From positions 33,976,001 through 34,040,000 of the forward strand of contig NC_086378.1 in NCBI RefSeq assembly GCF_036588685.1: a DNA stretch of 64,000 nt. The letters run 5' to 3'. This DNA is from Mytilus trossulus. Its lineage: Eukaryota. The position numbers and the translations under genes are program-made. The notes below the pieces were generated by a model. It was not told where the DNA came from. It saw only the letters and a list, made by a program, of their open reading frames with translations, and did not search any database. Below, one piece after another: positions 54,591-64,000 of this stretch (positions are counted from its first letter, which is position 1; every line of letters begins with the position of its first letter).

Positions 54591-55443
54591 ACAGTCTGAA
54601 GTTTATAACTTCACAAACGGCCCTTTTCAGGGCCACCAACATTTTTCAAAAAGAATTTACATTTGTTGTACATCAATGTCAAACTTCTAAACAAAGCTAT
54701 AAATCCCAACCCCAGCTATAACCACTTTCAAACTATTTCAATAGTATATGGTTACTTTTCTCTTCTTTCTATCTGTATAACAAATATACGTGTATTTCAC
54801 TCATTCTGTAGCATTTAATTTGTCTGTCAAAACTACAAAGCGTAAATACATAAATCATGAAGAACAAAACAGTGCTTTCATTCCAATTAATAGAGTTGAT
54901 AAATTTACGATTTCTTTTGCTTTTCGAGAGAAAAAAAATATTGCGAGAATTATTTTACACGGAAACAAGAACATTACCTAATCTTAAACCACGCAAAAAA
55001 AACCTCTATAATTGAATATAACAGAATCTACAGATTTTGTGTGTAAAAGTCCGTGCATTTTGTTTTGAAATTTTCTCTCTTCATGTAGGCAAATGCACGG
55101 ACTTGATCTTTGAACGTATTCATAAACCTTCAGAAATATAAATTCTCAAATAAATACAAGAGTAAGAGTAAGGAAGTTAATTAAAAAGAAAGCCAGATAT
55201 TTAAAAAAAAAAAGGGGGGGGGGGGGGGGTATAACGAGAGAGAGAAAATAGTTGCGGATCAGGATCAGGGAAAACAAGAAAAACGGTTGAAAAATTCATG
55301 AACATTAGAGAAAAGAATAGAAGTGGGAGCAAGCTTTGATTTCAAGATTTTGTTTAAAACGATGTACAACAAATCTAAGATTCTTTTTGAAAAATGTTGG
55401 TGGCCCTGAAAAGGGCCGTTGTTGATATTAGCTGGGTGGCTGT

Positions 55444-55761
<318 letters not shown>

Positions 55762-57478
55762 CTATTTGTGGTGATTAGTTAAATAATACTTTCCGTCTAA
55801 CAGCGACTCTTTATATATCACCAACGCGGCCGTAAAAGAAGTATCACACATTTTCAGTTAACTGTTGTCTGATTGGCTTACGTTGTTTTATTCCGGGAGG
55901 TAACTCTGTACTGCCTTAAACTGTGTACACTTTCAATCCACTTTTTCATTCTAGGTCTGAAAAATATAATAATTCATATCAGACAGTAAATTTTTAAGAA
56001 AAAACTATTATTTCAATCGGAATAAAAATGACTGAAGGAGACAAAAAAAGTTCCAAAATGTTGAAAAGTTTTCATTTTAAGATAGAATAGTATGATAAAT
56101 AAATGATAAATGAAAATCACTTTAGACAGTCAAAATTATAAAGATAATTATTTGCTTTCTCTGAACAGACATTTTCATTCAATGACAATACACATTTCAA
56201 CTTAATGGAATGGAATTTAGTTGGGGAAAAAATAAACCTCACAGACATATCTAGGAATACTGGTTATCTATTTGTCTATTTGATGTATCCAGAAATTGGA
56301 TACATCACAGGATTTTACATGCTTGCAGTTTTCTACCTGTCTTTCATAACTCAACATCATCTGTCAAAGCTGTGCTTGCCATCCATCAACGATCTGCTGC
56401 AGGTACTTCAGATCATAAATGGGAGAATGTATGAATAAAACTGTTACTGTTATTACTATTAAAGATTTTTTTTTCTAGGTATTACAGTGAAGAAAAGAGA
56501 TGCCCCTGACTGCGGGTAAAACTTCTTATGTGTGCATCTTCCTTTCAATTTTATTTTTAAACGCCATTCTATATTTATCCACAGTATGACGATGACAATT
56601 TCATCAGCCAATCCAATAAAAATGTTAATGCGCACACATGTACTTACTATTCTGAAGACTTCTTTTAGCCAGAAAAGTTTATAATAAGTCTGAAAACCAC
56701 TTTTTATCATATAAAAAAGCTTATAAGTGCAAGATATATGCTTACATGGACTTCCTACATTGAAATTTTGTGGGGACTACTTGGACCCGTACCGAAATTA
56801 TATTAATTTAAATAGAAATTTCATGATTTTGTTAACTAGCAGCAAGACAAGACTCTAAAGTGGACAAAATATATTACTACATACATGATAAAAAAATTCT
56901 TTACAATTCTGACTGAAAAAGAGCTCTAAATTTTTGATAAAAGTACCCTGTAATATCAGCTTTTCTAAAAGAAATATTCAAATTAATGAATTATACAAGA
57001 TATTTAAACTCTAACTTAAAAAAAAAGGTTATATTTTGGCCAGTTGGTGGTTCTCTTTCTTTGGTCTAGACTACTGGTGTAAATAATACATCAAAAGAAG
57101 ACAAGACAAAACAAGCGAAGAAAAGAAAAGAACAGAAGTACAGATAGAAACATTTATATGTTGATCTTTTTTTATATAATGTACTATTTAATATTCTACA
57201 CACAAGGACATACATGTACCATGATAAACAAACACCCCCCTTTTTTTTGTGATGAGACTTGTGTGTATATATATATCATAAAATTTATTTTTTGTCTATG
57301 TATTGCTTTGCATATAGATGGATTCAACAAGAAGAAATAAAAGAGAGAGAGAGAGATGGGGAAAAGAGGGGTTCGGCTATGTTTCTAATTTTCATGTACA
57401 ACAATTTATAGATTCTTTTTGAAAAATATTGGTGGCCCTGAAAAGGGCCGTTATGTTTTGGTGAAAAAATCACACTTC

Positions 57479-57994
<516 letters not shown>

Positions 57995-59175
57995 TCACCA
58001 CTTACATAAAGCTGGCGTTGATTGGTCCGCATATCTTAAATCTGATTGGACTGATTTGTAAGGGACTTTGACAGTTTTCAATCCATTTTTTACTGAAAAA
58101 CTGCTCAACCCAAGCTGACAGTAAAAATGCCCCCTTTTTTCATTCATAATTACAGTTTCTGATCATCCCTCATAGCTCAACAATAGTAAATTAGTGTCAC
58201 GGTTTCAATATGATAAATCTGAAGAAGAAAAATAATAATAATGAAAAAAGGTCAAAATACATGCAGAAACATTAAGGAAAGGAACGAAAAATAAAAACAG
58301 GAAAAAATAAAAATAAAATGCAGTTATAACACAAACAAAGCGAAATAAAAATAAAAAAACAGAAACAAATGGAATTACACATTCCCGACATGACATTGTG
58401 CGGATCGGCTGAGTTTCTTTATTGTTGTATTATGTCATATTTATGTATATTTAATATAAAAAAAGAAGATGTGGTATGATTTTCATTTGGGCTGGGCACA
58501 TTTGTCACATTGTCTGATTGTCGGTGTGCTTACATCAATTCCACATCTTTAATACACAAACAATAACTAAATAAAGACAGAAAGACAGAGAGAGAGATGC
58601 TGAAAAAAATGGAAAAAGGAAAAGAATGGAAAGTACATATCATATATAAAAGTGTTGACGAAAGAGATAATGTTAACAAAAACTATAAATAATTATAATA
58701 ATAAAAAAAAACCACACACCTTCTCAGATGAATCTAAGCATGCTCGCATCAATAACCAAGAGAGAGAAAGAAGAGAGCAGACTAGTATTAAATATAAATA
58801 CTATCAGTGGTTTTTTTTCCCCCCGACAAACATTATATGATTTAACTGAGCTACTTGTGGGTTCAAAGAGTCAGAAAGTACGACAATAAATGTTCTGATG
58901 AAGAAGACTGAAAAAGTTACTAGACTTAGTGTTATGCTATAAGAACTGTACTTAAATGGGATGCGTTAGAGAGAGAAGAAAAGAAGAATCACGGAAGAAG
59001 GGACATTTATATTTTAGACATTTTTTATTTGTTATGTAGTAGAATATATTTTTTTCAATTATGTATGGGGAATAAAGTATTACTAAGATGTACAACAATT
59101 TTAGACTCTTTTTGAAAAATATTGGTGGCCCTGAAAAGGGCCGTTGTTAAGTGAGTAATCCGATATATCCACTTT

Positions 59176-59559
<384 letters not shown>

Positions 59560-59829
59560 CTATTTGGTTGATCGACACTGAGTAAAGTGATACAATTTTT
59601 CTTCAAAATTTAGCTTATATACCCACTAAACGGATTGAACGATGTTTTTATTATACACCAATCAGAACGAAGCTCTCTGCGAGCAGTTAGGCTACCGAAC
59701 ATTCAACATGTTATGGGTGCTCTCTCCGAGGTTCGCGTTTAATAAAATCTTTCAATCCGTTTTGCCCAGTATATAAACAAATTGAAAATAATTTTTCACC
59801 ATTACTTATTTGATTATCAAACCAGTAAC

Positions 59830-60204
59830 ATGCCACCCAAAGTAGGAACTAAAGGAGCCAAGAAGGCCGTCACCAAGGCAAAGACTGCCAGACCCGGCGG
59901 TGATAAGAAAAGGAGGAGGAAGAGACGTGAATCCTATGCTATCTACATCTACAAAGTCTTGAGACAAGTTCACCCCGACACCGGAGTGTCCTCAAAGGCA
60001 ATGTCCATCATGAACAGCTTCGTCAACGATATCTTCGAGAGAATCGCAGCAGAGGCTTCCCGATTGGCACACTACAACAAAAGATCTACCATCACATCCC
60101 GGGAGATCCAGACCGCTGTCCGTCTTCTCTTACCCGGAGAATTGGCCAAGCACGCTGTCAGTGAAGGTACCAAAGCCGTCACTAAATACACCAGCAGCAA
60201 GTAA
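59830..60204 (+). CDS. H2B: Histone H2B
   Basis: Identical translation. Confidence 0.99.
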   Translation: MPPKVGTKGAKKAVTKAKTARPGGDKKRRRKRRESYAIYIYKVLRQVHPDTGVSSKAMSIMNSFVNDIFERIAAEASRLAHYNKRSTITSREIQTAVRLLLPGELAKHAVSEGTKAVTKYTSSK

Positions 60205-61057
60205 ACAGTCTGAAGTTTATAACTTCACAAACGGCCCTTTTCAGGGCCACCAACATTTTTCAAAAAGAATTTACATTTGTTGTACATCAATGTCAAACTT
60301 CTAAACAAAGCTATAAATCCCAACCCCAGCTATAACCACTTTCAAACTATTTCAATAGTATATGGTTACTTTTCTCTTCTTTCTATCTGTATAACAAATA
60401 TACGTGTATTTCACTCATTCTGTAGCATTTAATTTGTCTGTCAAAACTACAAAGCGTAAATACATAAATCATGAAGAACAAAACAGTGCTTTCATTCCAA
60501 TTAATAGAGTTGATAAATTTACGATTTCTTTTGCTTTTCGAGAGAAAAAAAATATTGCGAGAATTATTTTACACGGAAACAAGAACATTACCTAATCTTA
60601 AACCACGCAAAAAAAACCTCTATAATTGAATATAACAGAATCTACAGATTTTGTGTGTAAAAGTCCGTGCATTTTGTTTTGAAATTTTCTCTCTTCATGT
60701 AGGCAAATGCACGGACTTGATCTTTGAACGTATTCATAAACCTTCAGAAATATAAATTCTCAAATAAATACAAGAGTAAGAGTAAGGAAGTTAATTAAAA
60801 AGAAAGCCAGATATTTAAAAAAAAAAAGGGGGGGGGGGGGGGGTATAACGAGAGAGAGAAAATAGTTGCGGATCAGGATCAGGGAAAACAAGAAAAACGG
60901 TTGAAAAATTCATGAACATTAGAGAAAAGAATAGAAGTGGGAGCAAGCTTTGATTTCAAGATTTTGTTTAAAACGATGTACAACAAATCTAAGATTCTTT
61001 TTGAAAAATGTTGGTGGCCCTGAAAAGGGCCGTTGTTGATATTAGCTGGGTGGCTGT

Positions 61058-61375
<318 letters not shown>

Positions 61376-63092
61376 CTATTTGTGGTGATTAGTTAAATAA
61401 TACTTTCCGTCTAACAGCGACTCTTTATATATCACCAACGCGGCCGTAAAAGAAGTATCACACATTTTCAGTTAACTGTTGTCTGATTGGCTTACGTTGT
61501 TTTATTCCGGGAGGTAACTCTGTACTGCCTTAAACTGTGTACACTTTCAATCCACTTTTTCATTCTAGGTCTGAAAAATATAATAATTCATATCAGACAG
61601 TAAATTTTTAAGAAAAAACTATTATTTCAATCGGAATAAAAATGACTGAAGGAGACAAAAAAAGTTCCAAAATGTTGAAAAGTTTTCATTTTAAGATAGA
61701 ATAGTATGATAAATAAATGATAAATGAAAATCACTTTAGACAGTCAAAATTATAAAGATAATTATTTGCTTTCTCTGAACAGACATTTTCATTCAATGAC
61801 AATACACATTTCAACTTAATGGAATGGAATTTAGTTGGGGAAAAAATAAACCTCACAGACATATCTAGGAATACTGGTTATCTATTTGTCTATTTGATGT
61901 ATCCAGAAATTGGATACATCACAGGATTTTACATGCTTGCAGTTTTCTACCTGTCTTTCATAACTCAACATCATCTGTCAAAGCTGTGCTTGCCATCCAT
62001 CAACGATCTGCTGCAGGTACTTCAGATCATAAATGGGAGAATGTATGAATAAAACTGTTACTGTTATTACTATTAAAGATTTTTTTTTCTAGGTATTACA
62101 GTGAAGAAAAGAGATGCCCCTGACTGCGGGTAAAACTTCTTATGTGTGCATCTTCCTTTCAATTTTATTTTTAAACGCCATTCTATATTTATCCACAGTA
62201 TGACGATGACAATTTCATCAGCCAATCCAATAAAAATGTTAATGCGCACACATGTACTTACTATTCTGAAGACTTCTTTTAGCCAGAAAAGTTTATAATA
62301 AGTCTGAAAACCACTTTTTATCATATAAAAAAGCTTATAAGTGCAAGATATATGCTTACATGGACTTCCTACATTGAAATTTTGTGGGGACTACTTGGAC
62401 CCGTACCGAAATTATATTAATTTAAATAGAAATTTCATGATTTTGTTAACTAGCAGCAAGACAAGACTCTAAAGTGGACAAAATATATTACTACATACAT
62501 GATAAAAAAATTCTTTACAATTCTGACTGAAAAAGAGCTCTAAATTTTTGATAAAAGTACCCTGTAATATCAGCTTTTCTAAAAGAAATATTCAAATTAA
62601 TGAATTATACAAGATATTTAAACTCTAACTTAAAAAAAAAGGTTATATTTTGGCCAGTTGGTGGTTCTCTTTCTTTGGTCTAGACTACTGGTGTAAATAA
62701 TACATCAAAAGAAGACAAGACAAAACAAGCGAAGAAAAGAAAAGAACAGAAGTACAGATAGAAACATTTATATGTTGATCTTTTTTTATATAATGTACTA
62801 TTTAATATTCTACACACAAGGACATACATGTACCATGATAAACAAACACCCCCCTTTTTTTTGTGATGAGACTTGTGTGTATATATATATCATAAAATTT
62901 ATTTTTTGTCTATGTATTGCTTTGCATATAGATGGATTCAACAAGAAGAAATAAAAGAGAGAGAGAGAGATGGGGAAAAGAGGGGTTCGGCTATGTTTCT
63001 AATTTTCATGTACAACAATTTATAGATTCTTTTTGAAAAATATTGGTGGCCCTGAAAAGGGCCGTTATGTTTTGGTGAAAAAATCACACTTC

Positions 63093-63608
<516 letters not shown>

Positions 63609-64000
63609 TCACCACTTACATAAAGCTGGCGTTGATTGGTCCGCATATCTTAAATCTGATTGGACTGATTTGTAAGGGACTTTGACAGTTTTCAATCCAT
63701 TTTTTACTGAAAAACTGCTCAACCCAAGCTGACAGTAAAAATGCCCCCTTTTTTCATTCATAATTACAGTTTCTGATCATCCCTCATAGCTCAACAATAG
63801 TAAATTAGTGTCACGGTTTCAATATGATAAATCTGAAGAAGAAAAATAATAATAATGAAAAAAGGTCAAAATACATGCAGAAACATTAAGGAAAGGAACG
63901 AAAAATAAAAACAGGAAAAAATAAAAATAAAATGCAGTTATAACACAAACAAAGCGAAATAAAAATAAAAAAACAGAAACAAATGGAATTACACATTCCC

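Overview
Eukaryotic (metazoan) tandem array of replication-dependent core histone genes. The ~5.61-kb unit is H4> <H2B H2A> H3>, with no H1 and no 5S rRNA that I can see. About 11 near-identical units sit in three contigs joined by two 100-N gaps (22185-22284, 42592-42691), and array orientation flips exactly at the first gap. The H2B N-terminal tail, gene order and 5.6-kb period match what I recall of the Mytilus (mussel) core-histone quartet; this is from memory, not a search. Every gene with a visible 3' end carries the histone stem-loop and a purine-rich HDE. The most interesting unexplained signals are non-coding: (i) an invariant 11-mer TTGTTGTACAT 28-29 nt after the stem-loop of all four genes, beyond the normal HDE; (ii) a GGATTGAA/TTCAATCC promoter motif shared by all four genes, with a TATA-less H3 promoter; (iii) several inverted-repeat relics and an exon/intron-like segment in the spacers. 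Frameshifted H3/H2A copies near 37.5-39.6 kb are most likely sequencing errors. I found no convincing novel protein-coding system. Regulatory and spacer features are listed for one unit only but recur in every unit.
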